A stretch of 64,000 nucleotides of DNA from NCBI GenBank assembly GCA_977030845.1, contig OZ365109.1:23312001-23376000 (forward strand), read 5' to 3'. The notes under the pieces are model-generated. The model saw only the letters and a list, made by a program, of their open reading frames with translations. It made no database searches and was not told the origin of the DNA. Position numbers and translations under genes: made by a program. Of this stretch, positions 1-12,445 are shown in pieces. Every line of letters begins with the position of its first letter. The stretch's first letter is position 1. The DNA comes from Fimbriosthenelais zetlandica (taxonomy: Eukaryota).

Positions 1-3000
1 TTCCAACAAGGCTCGGCAGCGCGCTCTCTCTTTCTCTCTGTCTTTTGTCGGATGTAGTGAAAACATTTAAAATATTCTGCAGGCTGTTCCTTCTCGGCCC
101 GCTTGTAATATTTGCAGTTGTTATACTCTAGCAAGCAAGGTGGCAGTTATCGACCGATGCCTCAGGCAGTTGGGTTAGGAACTGACTCAAGACGGGAAGC
201 TTTTGATGAATTGTGGGTTGGTGAAGACCTACAGGGGAGGATAGAGGATGGGTGTGTATGGGAGAAGGGGTGTGGGTGGAGACTGGCCAATGACTCACTC
301 TATACATGCCCAGCTTAACCAAGGGCTACTACTCTATTAAATGTCCACAAGCGTGAAATACATGTGCAACGACAGAGATTTCAGATTAGTCTTGCAAATG
401 GAAATAATGGCCACCTCATTATGTCCTAACGAGCGTAGGGCATTACACCAAGCATAGCCAAAGCTTGGTTTCGCCAACAGTCAAGTAGTATACACAAAAT
501 GGCCCATTTGTCCAGCGAGGCCGGACGTAAATGTCAAACCAGTTTGACGGGGTACGCTGCCCCAAAGTGTTAGAGTAAAAGGTTATCTGTAACATTACAT
601 AAAATGATGTCAAGTAACGAATATTGGCGTCATATAATGATATTAGGCAATGTATTTCAGGGGGTGTATCTATAAACTGGATACCCTATACTTTTGTAGA
701 AACTGAATTCAAATTGTTTAGCTTACATTAATCTAACTTTCCAATAGTACATTTGATGCTATAAAGGCTTGGGAAATTTACAAGACCTTCTTTGCGGTAC
801 CTTTATTCCATGTATTGATCTAACATATAATTTTTGATCGATAATCATGGTAGAATAAAACATGAACGTATGGATTTACATTTATAGTAGGACAGGCTAG
901 CATTTACTTACAGGAAATCAAGGTTGAAACGTAGACATTAGTGGTCTTTAATTTATGCAAACAATTTCGCATTTTGGCTATCTACTATAACGCCAAACTA
1001 TTATGTCATGGCCATCCAGTAGTGGCAATGAGTAGGACTAAAATGATCAGCAGGACTAAATGAAATGTGTTCAGAATGATCAGCAAAGTACGTCCATATA
1101 GACAGAAAGTATGCTCCCCAGTGGAATTCATACCTTGTGAAGACTGTCAGAGATGCTGTGACCAGCCCTTGACAGGTCACAAAAGCATCTTGGACTTCAC
1201 AGGTCTGCGCTGGCTTCGGAATCAATGGATGGAATGCTGAGGTGGATCAGGGTGGTCTCTGCAGAGTAGAGAATCAAGTTTAAGGTTTTAGGAACTGTAG
1301 GCCTACTACTCCACAAACCGATCCTGAAAACCTCACAAAGCGCTCAACGAACAAGCCACGAAATGCTGTCATATCACATAGGCATTGAAGGTATCGAAAC
1401 GGTCCCTGGACAGAACCATGACAGCGGTGACAGCATTATGGAACTGTTTTTTGTTGCCATTAAGTTATTCTTCATCGCGATCTAGGTCATCCATTAGCAT
1501 TCACGGACAGGAAAAATGCAATAGAATGAGGAAGATTAATGTAAATGTCTAGACGATAGTAACAGCTGAACCAAAAAGCCCATTTTTAACACCAACAAGT
1601 GGGCCTAATAATAGGTCGATACATTAATCAATATTTGTCATTTTAAGTCATTTGTATCCCTTTCACGCGCCGATTCTTTTAGCAAATATATTTGTATACT
1701 CACGGCTGTCTCTTCAGACCTTCAGGCAAATGTTTGCCAAATCGCTTAAGCACAATCAATTTCACTTTTTAACAGTCCGGGGAGCGCCTGCCAGCGCTGG
1801 CCTAGAATTATAATCACCTTCAGATAGGCGGGCTTGCCTTATACTCCCATTTTCAAAATGGATTCTATGGGAATGCATTATTCTCATCGCTTGAAAGTCA
1901 TCCGACTTGATAACCTGGCGTCATGACAAATCCAAAATCCCATTTGCAAAATGGACTCTGGTGCAGAAGACATCCAAGCTATGGCCCAGTTGGATATGGA
2001 GTCTTCGAAGGAGTTATTTGTGTTGGGATTCCCGGTGGTTATGCCTCTATTAGGGATAATCTGTGGACTGACCCCATTGTCTTCCGCTCGTAGCCTCTCA
2101 GCGGGAGCTCTAGTACTATCCATCATACGAATCGTCCGCCATCTATCCACCAACTTCCAGGGAGGGCTACCTTTTGCACAACTCAAAGCCTTTTGCTGTC
2201 CTCAAGGAGAGGCGGCAACTCTGCTGAAGCAATGGGCTTGAAAATTAATGGATGCGATTATGGTTAAGACTGCCATCCATACCAGTGTTCAGAAGAGTGG
2301 AAGCTTTGTGGATAAACGAAGTCATTTCATATACATATCGTGCAGGCTATAGGGATTTGGGCTATGGCAAAGTCACCAACTGCCATCATGGGAGAACAAA
2401 CTTGAGGTTTTTTTGTATTGGAGTAATGTGCTGGCTTCAAGATGAAATGCACATAGTAGAAATTGTCCTTTTAGGGTCTATTATCATAATCGATCTTAAT
2501 CATAATCGATACTATAGACAATTAAAATTGAGCCATTCTATTGTAATTAAAATATTGTATAGAGGATTATTAACATATAAATATAATATCATTGATAATA
2601 ACAATAATAGTCTAGACACGTTGCCCAGTACTGCAATTTCCTGATGACTAAGAGAATCATTGACATTTGAAAGTTTTTGGAAGAGACGAAGTGGCCTAAC
2701 GGAATAATGGAGCCAGGCATAATAGGCCCGTGATATTGTCAGAAACACAGAAACTTTGCTCTTGTAATAGAAATCCAAAATCACTTCGAAATCACTGCGA
2801 ATTCAAAAGTGATATGCGATGGCAGAGGGAAAATCATGTCATTTAAGACAGCGGATATAATCCTGTGAAAAGGGTTCTCGAAAAAAGAAATGTGCATTCA
2901 GTCTGTGTGGGCTTTGGGTACTCTAAAGCCATCTCTGTGAATAACAAATGAATTCATTTCATAATGCACGCAAAGAGTGCAGTCATTAGGAGTGCAGTTT

Positions 3001-5590
3001 TTCTTTCCTTTTCATCATGAATAAATGCTTTATTTCATTCTGCTCTTTCATTTCGTTGGGCATGAGACTTTGATTCTCCTGAGTCTACTTTGTGATTTGA
3101 CGTCCGGGGTCGTTCTTTCGCTGCGATAGAAAGTGGGAAATTATAACAGCTTCTGTAAATCAGCCAGCAAGGCCAGTTGTCGTGCCATCCTCGAACATCA
3201 GCCTATCTATCTCTCCTGCCTGAGGGCACAAGGGAGAAAAGAATCTTGTGTCAACTCACGGCTCAACAGCTGTCAGTTGACACTTACCAACTTGCCATAT
3301 GATGAAGAAATTAATATGATAGATATTACAGAGACAGGGAGGGGGACAATTGCTCACCTTTCACAATGTTAAGATGTCATATCCAATCAATATGGCAGAG
3401 TTTTGACAGTAAAGTGAGCCCAGGTGCTTCAACTTTCTCTTCTACTCTTCTCATACAGTGAGTTATACCCAGTGCTTTCTTTCTCATCTTTTGAATAATA
3501 AATCTGGCCAGTTTCATAACGAAATGGCACTACACTATTTACGACCCAAAGCTGGAAACTTCGTTACAAAGGCCTGTCATGTATCCCATAGAAATGCATT
3601 GCTACCATTGCTTATAGATGTAATGGTGAGAGGCATGTAAAAGTTCAGCAATTTCTGCAATGTCCATGGTGAGAGGCATGTACAAGACCCATGGTTGCCC
3701 TCACTAGGTAAAAGCAGACGCATTCTCTTGCTCAATGACACTGGCTGATGCCTTAAATAAAAGAAACAATGAATTTCCACTGCACCAGCCCAAACTATAG
3801 GCTAAACATAGAAGCATTAGTTAGCATTAGACCATAGGGTGGATTTCAATCTTGTCAAACAGATCGCACTACTTCTCGGACGTTGCCTTCTCATGTCCCG
3901 TTGTATGAGCATAACAAACGTGAAGGTGCAAGAAATGTCGGTTGTGAAGATTGTGAAGAAATCAACTAATTGCACCACCAGACAATTTAGCTTTCTGGTA
4001 CAGTCAGCTAATTCCCAGCTCTCCCAGAGGCTTTTCTTCCTGCTGATATTAATACTAGCTTGGAATACCTCTAACATTCACAGGGAACGCTTCTCTTCCT
4101 CCACCTACTTATTACCTTCGTTATGTTATGGTTCGTTTGTCAAAATGTCACAGTAGCGACTTCCTGGGAAGAAAACCGTTATGGCCGCCATTCAATTAAT
4201 TTATGATGGCAACACCCTGACCCGTAATTAATGGCTTGACATTTCATCCTTGCAGGGAAAATAATTCCGTCCACCTTGGTGTTCTCCTCACTCACAAGAT
4301 GGGAAAACAAGGAGCTATTTTTGCTTACATCTCTTTCAACTATAGTTGACTCGCATCGAGTGCCTGGAATCGCTGTGGTAAAACCTCTTAGAATATCTTC
4401 ATCTCTGAGAGAATTTTGCCCACTAATTCCCCTCTGCGGTGTGCTACAGAAATAAGGCTCAAAGCAAGGACTGTAGTTTTTTTCTCCAATCCAAATATGG
4501 CACCTCATATCAGTCCTGACGATTTTTTTGCTTTCCAACTGGAAAAACTGTGGTTTTCCTTCGAGGCACGGCATGTTCCCATTTCTTCCTTTCAGTGTGG
4601 AATTTTTTTTTTATCTAAAGGTCTAAAATTGTGGAACAAAAATCATGGGATTGTTAGTTGGCCTTGCCTCTCTCTGTCAAGCACGCGTGCAGCCCTAATA
4701 ATCATGATCTCGCCACGAGAGAACAATGGAAAGAATTTTAGTCATTTCCAAAATGGGCTAACATCCGAATGATAATTACGGGTTGGTATGCCCGATAATC
4801 AAGGCGTTGTCTTAAAGTAAAAAGAACTCGAGCTTTGTTCAAACCCACTACCACAGACAGAAACAGATTCTGTAAAGATGAATCGACTCAATCATCCGAT
4901 GATAAATTGTCGAATATAATAAAAGTCCCGACGTACCAGTTTGTTTAGTTTATTCCCGATTTCGCAATTCCTGTATTGCCGCAGTTTCTAGGGCAATGCT
5001 CAATCTGTACAACGCCTGTTTGTGGTACTCTGGTAGTTGGCTTGATGTGTAGTTGGCTATACGTATTCGTTTGTTATGTATTCGTAGGTACAATTACCTT
5101 GAATATATTACTAAGCTTGTATAGTATATTGTATATAGACTGAAGAAAATACAGTCCCCAAGATGATCATCATCCCCTTCCTTTAAGAATATAGCCTCAA
5201 TTATCATCTTAAGTTATTAAAGGACCATGTAGTCATGTAGGCCTACCTTATTGCATATCTTTAAGCCCATTTGAAGTGCCTTATTACAAGCTAATCAAAT
5301 ATTTACAATCTTCTTTATGCTCAGCGCCAGTCATATTCAGCCACATCCATTTCCCCAAGCATTGCGGTCCATACATGAGAAAAGACACTTCCAGCAGGAT
5401 GGAGGATAGGAGTGAGGGAGGAGGTGGGGAAAAGGAGAGATGTAGTGTTGCATGGGAAGTGTGGGGGCAGGGGGTTGGTAGGTAGGGAGGGAGGGGCTCA
5501 ACTTTTATTCAATAAACCTTTCCTTTTCAATGATGCCTCACCCATGACTGAGCATGCCTCTAGAGAGGCTTGTCCGGAACTGAAGCTTAC

Positions 5591-5746
5591 CTCTGTTGGA
5601 ACAGTTGCCCAGGAGGCCCACCCAGGAGTTTCCTTGACACTTCAGTTGCCACACCTGTTGTGTCTGGTTACAGACGATGGTCACTTGGTCCTCATGCCTG
5701 TCCATCCAAGTCCCCGGTGGGGCCACCATGTCAGGGCAGCCAAGCA
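5591..5746 (-). CDS. Coding exon: Sushi/CCP(SCR)-like domain
   Basis: Translates as (V)LGCPDMVAPPGTWMDRHEDQVTIVCNQTQQVWQLKCQGNSWVGLLGNCSNR. It has four Cys with Trp between C3 and C4, and N-glycosylation sequons NQT and NCS. Acceptor cttgtcgtttcag, donor GAG/gtaagc, length 156 nt. Confidence 0.88.
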
Positions 5747-7090
5747 CTGAAACGACAAGCAGACAGCGCACATGAGTAAATCTCCAACAATAAATCCATA
5801 TAGGATGACGCGGCATGGGCCCGCGGGCTCTCCAAGAAGAAACCGGTGGGCCCCATTCAAGGTGCCCGAGACATTATCAATGCAGTGATGGATACGCTTG
5901 AAACCCTTCTGGTGGCATTATACAAAAATCTTTTCTGACCACCATCGCCTAATCCTCAAGGTAAAAAAGCATACTGGGGGGACGGGGGAATTTCTAAAGT
6001 TTATTGTCCATGGCAATCGATACCTATTTTCATGACTGGAATGCGATCCGCCCAGTAGGCGAAGGAATGGAAAAAAGGAACTGATAGTACTATAGAGAAG
6101 TGAGGAAAAAGTGAGTTTAATTTCATACAGAGCAATCTATTAAAATTACCAGGGGGATTTTGTGAATAAGAAAAGAGCCTTTCAACTTGCATTATGAATT
6201 GGGTATACACACAAGGCAAATTCTATTCCTTTCTTATGATAGATATCCTCTATCACGATACATCGGGATCGCGGGACAGGCCTGTATATGATAATTGCAT
6301 CAGGAGGGACGACATGACGCTTCAATATATCATAGGTGAATTTTATATGAATCTACTCCCGAAATAAAGACTACCAAAAGGACAGTAAATACCATTATTA
6401 GATGGATTATGGAGGCCTGCCTAAGGACCATCGCCATCCCCATCGCCCAGGAGATGGATGGCCTGTCTATTGTGGTCGGCGAAGCAACCTTCAACAGCAT
6501 TCCACATTTATACCACACCAAACCAACCATGACCCCTGTTTGCTATTTCCGTCATTGTCTCCGCTCTTCTTATCTCATTGCTGCCTCTTTTTTCATCATC
6601 TTAATGAAAGATGCCCGAGGAACATGCTTCCTCTTTCCCATACCCTCCAGGATGGCCCTCTCTTCCTCTCTCCCCTCTACCACCACCAATGGCGACTAAT
6701 GCGCGTGCATTCAAACTGGAAAAATAACAGCTGCAATCGATTCGGGGTGTGCAAGGGAGGGATGTGAGGGTCGCCCTATAGAAGCATTTAGTTCCAGCTC
6801 AAATTTCATGCACGAACATTTGTTGCATACATATGCAAGGCCTCTGTGACAGGTTGTTTGGGATACATTTCCCTATCATATATTCCAAACCCAAAGGCAG
6901 TAATGACTGTCTTGTTTATGATGGTAGATGTAACGATCGATAGTACACCCATTGGCATGTTCATTCTACATGCGAAGGGCTGTTTCATGGACCTTTACAC
7001 AATAGATTGGCTGTGTAGAAGATGTACATTTTGACAGTGATATAACATTTATGTTATCCTATCTTTCATACTGACTTATAATAGCATGAA

Positions 7091-7310
7091 CCCACTGAGC
7101 TTAGATCTCCTTACGATCTGCTCGAACATGCTCAAAATAAGAACGTAGAGTGTTCTGATCCATGAAGAAGAAGAGTATAAAAAACACACAGGAACATGTT
7201 CGTAGGTTCATTCCACATACTTTTTCCGTAGGTTCATTCCACATACTTTTATAATTTTGGATCGTAATTGGATCGTAAAGCAGACTGTAGAGAGATCGTA
7301 GCTCAGTGGG
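7091..7310. mobile_element. 220-bp MITE with CCC termini
   Basis: 19-bp TIR with 2 mismatches (cccactgagcttagatctc / gagatcgtagctcagtggg), extendable by tgaa/ttca. It has subterminal TTACGATC motifs in inverted orientation and internal tandem duplications (26-bp unit at 7201-7250; ttggatcgtaa twice). No clear TSD. Confidence 0.65.
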
Positions 7311-10300
7311 TTCAGCCTATTGATGAATAAGCCATTAAAGACTGAGTGATTGTCACATGTACATATTTAATAATGTTACAAATGTTATCCCAGACCTAAT
7401 TGCAAAACAAAATAATGTTTCTTCTTGAAATAGAGTGCCCTCCAAGTAGACTGACTGAATAGTTAAAGGACTAGTGCCCATCTGTTAATGGCCCAGTTTC
7501 GCACAGTCCGCTTGATGAACAAGCCCTCAAGAAAGCCTACAAGAGGCACATTAACTCTGCATTTTCATGAACATGTCCTTCCTATTTGGGGGTACCCCCA
7601 TACAGGTAGACTCTTCTACTGTACAATAACACTAAGCTCATTGTGTTTTTTTCAAGAGAAAAAGGTTACTGTAAATTCACCTTAGCTTCCTTTGGATATC
7701 ATCTTATTTTATTTTGCAGTAACTGTCATCATATCTTTGTCATAGCAAGAGATGCTTATTATGGAGCCATGTCTATGATCATATTTTCCGCTGCATTTGT
7801 TTTTAGGGTAACTTATAGGTTGTAAAAACTGATATCGGATATCACATTCAAGCCTATAAAATACATCATCGGAACCTGCATCTTACAAAACAATATCTAC
7901 ATGTACAATGGAAGATATGTATGTAACCAAATGTGTTAATATGCAGACCCTTTTTTTCACAATGTTCACGTGTAAGTTAATCTTGGTGATCATACAGTGC
8001 AGGTTTTCCATGCGCGTGAACAAAATATAGCCAGGTATCTAAGCGCTGGCAATATAAAATGTCATGTTTCTTTTCCTAAGATCGTATGGATGCTGCCGGA
8101 GGCTAGGTATACTTTGTGGGTCAATGGGGATAATTCAACGTAGGTTGTAATGGTGTTTGGCAGGCGCCATTAACAACGCAGTGGCATAATAATGGGTGGG
8201 ATTGAACGTTCAAGGATCTAAGCTAGGTCTGCTATTTTTGTTACTTGAAAATAACATTTTGTGTTTTGGTGGAGCAAACTAAATGAGAAGCTCAAATAAA
8301 GGGAGGATATTCATGTGCAAATATGTTAAATATTTTTACTAATAAAGTATAGCTTTCTTCTGAAATGGCATTTGATGTACTCGACCTCCAATTTTTTCAA
8401 GGTCTTAAGTATTTCTTGAATGATACAGGGAAAATGTTTATCACACGTGCAACACACTGGTTTTCATTAATAATATGGGGTTTAACCTGGACCTTTAATC
8501 TAATTTGAAGCAAGTTAAATTTAACACAAAGCCTTTTTTGATGATCCATTTCAACTCACTGCATCCTCATGGTGCGTTTCGTGTCAAATTAACTGTATTG
8601 TTTCCAAGACATGAAAATTCAAAGGATGAATCGGAGAGTGACACTTTTTCCTTCCTAATTGTGGTTCCCTTGCCTATAAAATAGACCTAAACGTTTACAA
8701 CCATTATTACAGGCCACAAAGTTCTTAATTAATGAGCAATTTGGTAACCGACTCCTGAAGAACTTGTAATTGGCTGGCACTTATTTTGAAAGAGACGTCA
8801 ATATTTAAATGCCATGTTTTTTCTTGCCTTATTGCAATCGTCAGAAGCTGTGGTAAGGTTCGCACAAACACTTCAAAGATAAATTGACCAGCGCAGAGGC
8901 TTATTATGGAAATCAATTTGCCAGAAATATCCCAATGACGTTTAAAGGGACATATCTATGGAACCGATTGAAAGTGGCATTACCGTATAAAGTGATTATG
9001 GGAATTGAATTTACACAGATGAATCTGTATACAATGGATTGATTGCTGGGGCACTAATAAGTGTGAGCCGTGGGAGAGGAGCTGCCAACAATATAGCAGA
9101 GAGCAATATTTCATTGCTGAAACCACCAAGCCTATAGCGACAAAACTAATTTAGTGATGAATCAAACTTTAAGGCACTTCTCTGCTAAATATATTCTAGG
9201 AAATGTGGATCCAAATGTGTTTTATTTTCAGCAGCTATAAGGTGTGGTTATTTTCACTTTCAGACATATGATTGATCTGTAATACAAATGTCACTGTCAT
9301 GCCCAGGAGGGATGGAATAGTAAGAATATCATTGTAGAAATCAGAGAAGCAAATAGAATAGATCCACCCATTTGGTGTTGTTGTACAACAGCTCTATAAA
9401 GCATAATATAATTCTATGCTTTCATTTCTATAAGAAATATCCAAGAAAGCGATACAACTGGCTTTCATTAATTTCACACCAGTATGTCAATATCCATTCT
9501 TGAAATTTGAATTGGTTCCAATCACTACGCTTGTAAATTACCAACTAGTTCACTAAATTAGATTCAATAATCAGCTGGTAATTCATATATAGACAGGAAG
9601 TACTTTTCGGTCACAATAGAAAAGAACATTATGACATTTGACAGGTATTATATTCAAGTAGATATTTGTCTTCAAAAGTTTATTCTTGAAAATAAACAGA
9701 AAGTTTCTCAGCACAATACACAATGATGGATCGACATCATATTGCCGCAAGGGAATAATAAAAGACAGCCTGCGCTTTTGGCTAAAGGGTGGGGGGATCT
9801 TGAGAGACGTTGATATTGGAATGTATGTCACAAGAAATCGGATTGCCTCAGACCATTGCACAGAATTTGAATTCTACCTGGAATCCCACCATGCCATAGT
9901 TCAGTCCCCAGTGTTCCTCGGGATTGGTGTCTAGCATGAATCTTTCAAGGCATTATATCGAAGGAAAAACAAATAGTAAGCAAAATGGCTACCGCTTTCT
10001 CATATATAGCGCCAGTATTGTATTGATTGGTGGCTGGAAAAGCAGGAATTCACACCTCTGCATGTGAAATGCCTTTGACTGGCCTTCTAAGAAGCTTGCT
10101 CACGTGACTGTTGGCGTCTTTCAGTGTGATGGCTGACGTGGCTTGCTGACACCACGATCTGCAAACATCTGTGTTTGACTTGCGGACTGTGGCTTTTAGT
10201 GTGTAGTCATTTCTATGATTTGCTTGTATGCAGCGATCCTGCCCAAACAAATTGGTGCCGGCCGCCAGAGAACATCGCCCGCGCCACGAAGTGCCCCCAG

Positions 10301-12043
10301 CAGGAAGCCAGCACACACGCGTTTTCTCGCCAGTTCTCGTAGCCCATGTGATGCTAAACGTGACCAAATGTGACTGGAGTTGATTTACCTCTGATCTCAG
10401 ACTCGTCCATGCTTCCCTGGCCTACAAACCGTGACAATTGGCTTCAATATAAATCTCACAACGCAGAGCAGCACATAGTCCACTTTACTGCATGGCCTAC
10501 TAGGTTTTAGTTCAACAAAATAGATCACTTCTGCCTGCAAGAAATCAGAGAAACACACCCATCCTTTCCCTCCTCTGCCGATACAATCCTGCTGAACCAT
10601 TACTTATTCCTATGAAATATTTATAATTAATTGATAAATCAACCCATAACTTATTGGTAGACCCAAACATAAGATGGGTGACGTTTTTGACACACCTTAA
10701 TTTCTTTATACCAGGAGGGATAACAATAATTATAAGAAGGATTTAATATATAGCTATGTATCCCCCTGTGGACATGTTACATTAGGTCCTTCCGTGTACA
10801 TTTCCTTTGGTAGTTTGTAGATTTGTATACACGAGGTACCAACTGGCCAGGTCAGGGCGGTAAGGGCTACACTAAATGCCCTAATGGGACTGACAAAGGC
10901 CAGTCCCTTCTAGCTGAGCACCAATCTCACAGAGAAACATCAGTCAATGTCAATAACTGGGACGTCTGAAAGGGCATAAGGCCGATTAAAGCAATCAGGG
11001 AATTTGCTATAGATACATTGTAGATGAAGTAACTATTGCTTTTATGCAACTTTTTCCATCTCCGTACCAGCTGAGTAATCTTAATTACGGATAGGGTTAT
11101 CTAGGATGGTATTGAAAAAGGGAAGGGCCCGTAGATCGGCGGAAGGATATATATAAGGTCACCATTACAAGCTCCTTGGTTGTAACTATCAACTATGAAA
11201 ACACTGCCAGTCTGGCTGTTCAATTAAGACGTTAGGTTGCGTTGCACGGGCTATAATGCAGCAGGTGTAATACACGGGGGTGACCTTTCTTGGCCTTTAT
11301 CACAAACGGGCCAGCTTGACAGCCACATGAGGAATGACCATCGTCACTAATTCTAGACGGAAGTGATGGTCAGCCAAGCTGGACACTGACCACCGCCTGC
11401 ATCGCTCCATGGGTCATTTATACACCACGTCCACAGAGTGACCAGTGGCTGCTTCAGCAATCATGGTTGGCCTGCAGAGACCAGCTGCATTTGCATGCAA
11501 ATAGGCAAAGCACTCGGTCCTTAACAGATATTTCTGAGTTCGTTATCCTCCAGCACAATCCATTCCTGCACTGGCAATGTCAATGTAAAAGGGGATGTGT
11601 ATAAACCCAGGGTCTTAACCCTTTCCTGAAGGAGAGGGTCTGGGGTCGGAATAGTAAGAGATGAGGGGGATGGTTGGGTTGTATTCCTTCCTATGCACTC
11701 AAGGAAACTACACTGTATAGGACCATCCACTGATAACTTCCCTGCACAATTGATCTATCGATATGAGCAAAATGAATCATCCTTTTTTCTATGAAGACCT
11801 AATCATAAAATCAAACCTATGGGCATGTCCCGCTCAGGCTGGCTCTTTGCCTTGTATGGTGTTTATTCAGTAGGAGATGTATGCATGGTCAGGGGAAACT
11901 CAAGTCCCTTGGTGTGGTGTCAGCCCTCCTGGGTTCCTTCCTGACATTGGGGCCAGCCCTCCCTCCCAATCATCCATAGCGGCGCTTTATGTATCTTATC
12001 TTTCACCCTAGAGACGTTTAAGGCATGCACTGGAGATACTTAC

Positions 12044-12445
12044 CTTCGTATTTGAGCAGGAAGTAGTGTTTATTCTGTTGGGCGTTGTGGATGATGATTT
12101 CCACAATGTTGGTCCGCGATTTGAATATAATATTATGCCTTTCCCTCCCACCGCAGACGTCCACAGCCCGGCTGGTCTTTGGCTCCTTCAAAGTGGTATA
12201 TACATCACAGCCCAGAGGTTGGATCTCCGGGCCTTTCTGACGGCCAGGCCTTTCCCCCTGAGAGTCCACGTGAAAGTCCAGCAGGTTAAGGTTGATGGTT
12301 TGGCCCTGAGGTACTTCCAGAATATAGGGTGTGTTCGGCAGACCACAGCCTGTCTCCTCCGTCACCAAGTTGGATATCAATGCATCTTGTGGCGGTGACT
12401 TGAGACGTTTCGCAGCCCTGCATATTGTACCTGTGGGAGTTATCA
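12044..12445 (-). CDS. Coding exon: CUB-like domain
   Basis: Translates as (V)ITPTGTIC...TGCGLPNTPYILEVPQGQTINLNLLDF...GCDVYTTLKEP...DVCGG...FKSRTNIVEIII...YFLLKYE. It has 4 Cys and CUB-type patterns (GQxIxLxxxDF, CG, SxxNxVxI, FxxxY). Acceptor tgctttctttcag, donor AAG/gtaagt, length 402 nt. Confidence 0.92.

Noticed and set aside
3623-3682. Two perfect 17-bp direct repeats (atggtgagaggcatgta) with a 26-nt spacer, superficially CRISPR-like
   Set aside because: Only two copies, in a eukaryotic intron with no cas genes; this is a local duplication.
4780-4860. B-box-like gttcaaaccc suggesting a tRNA or SINE
   Set aside because: No A-box and no cloverleaf pairing.
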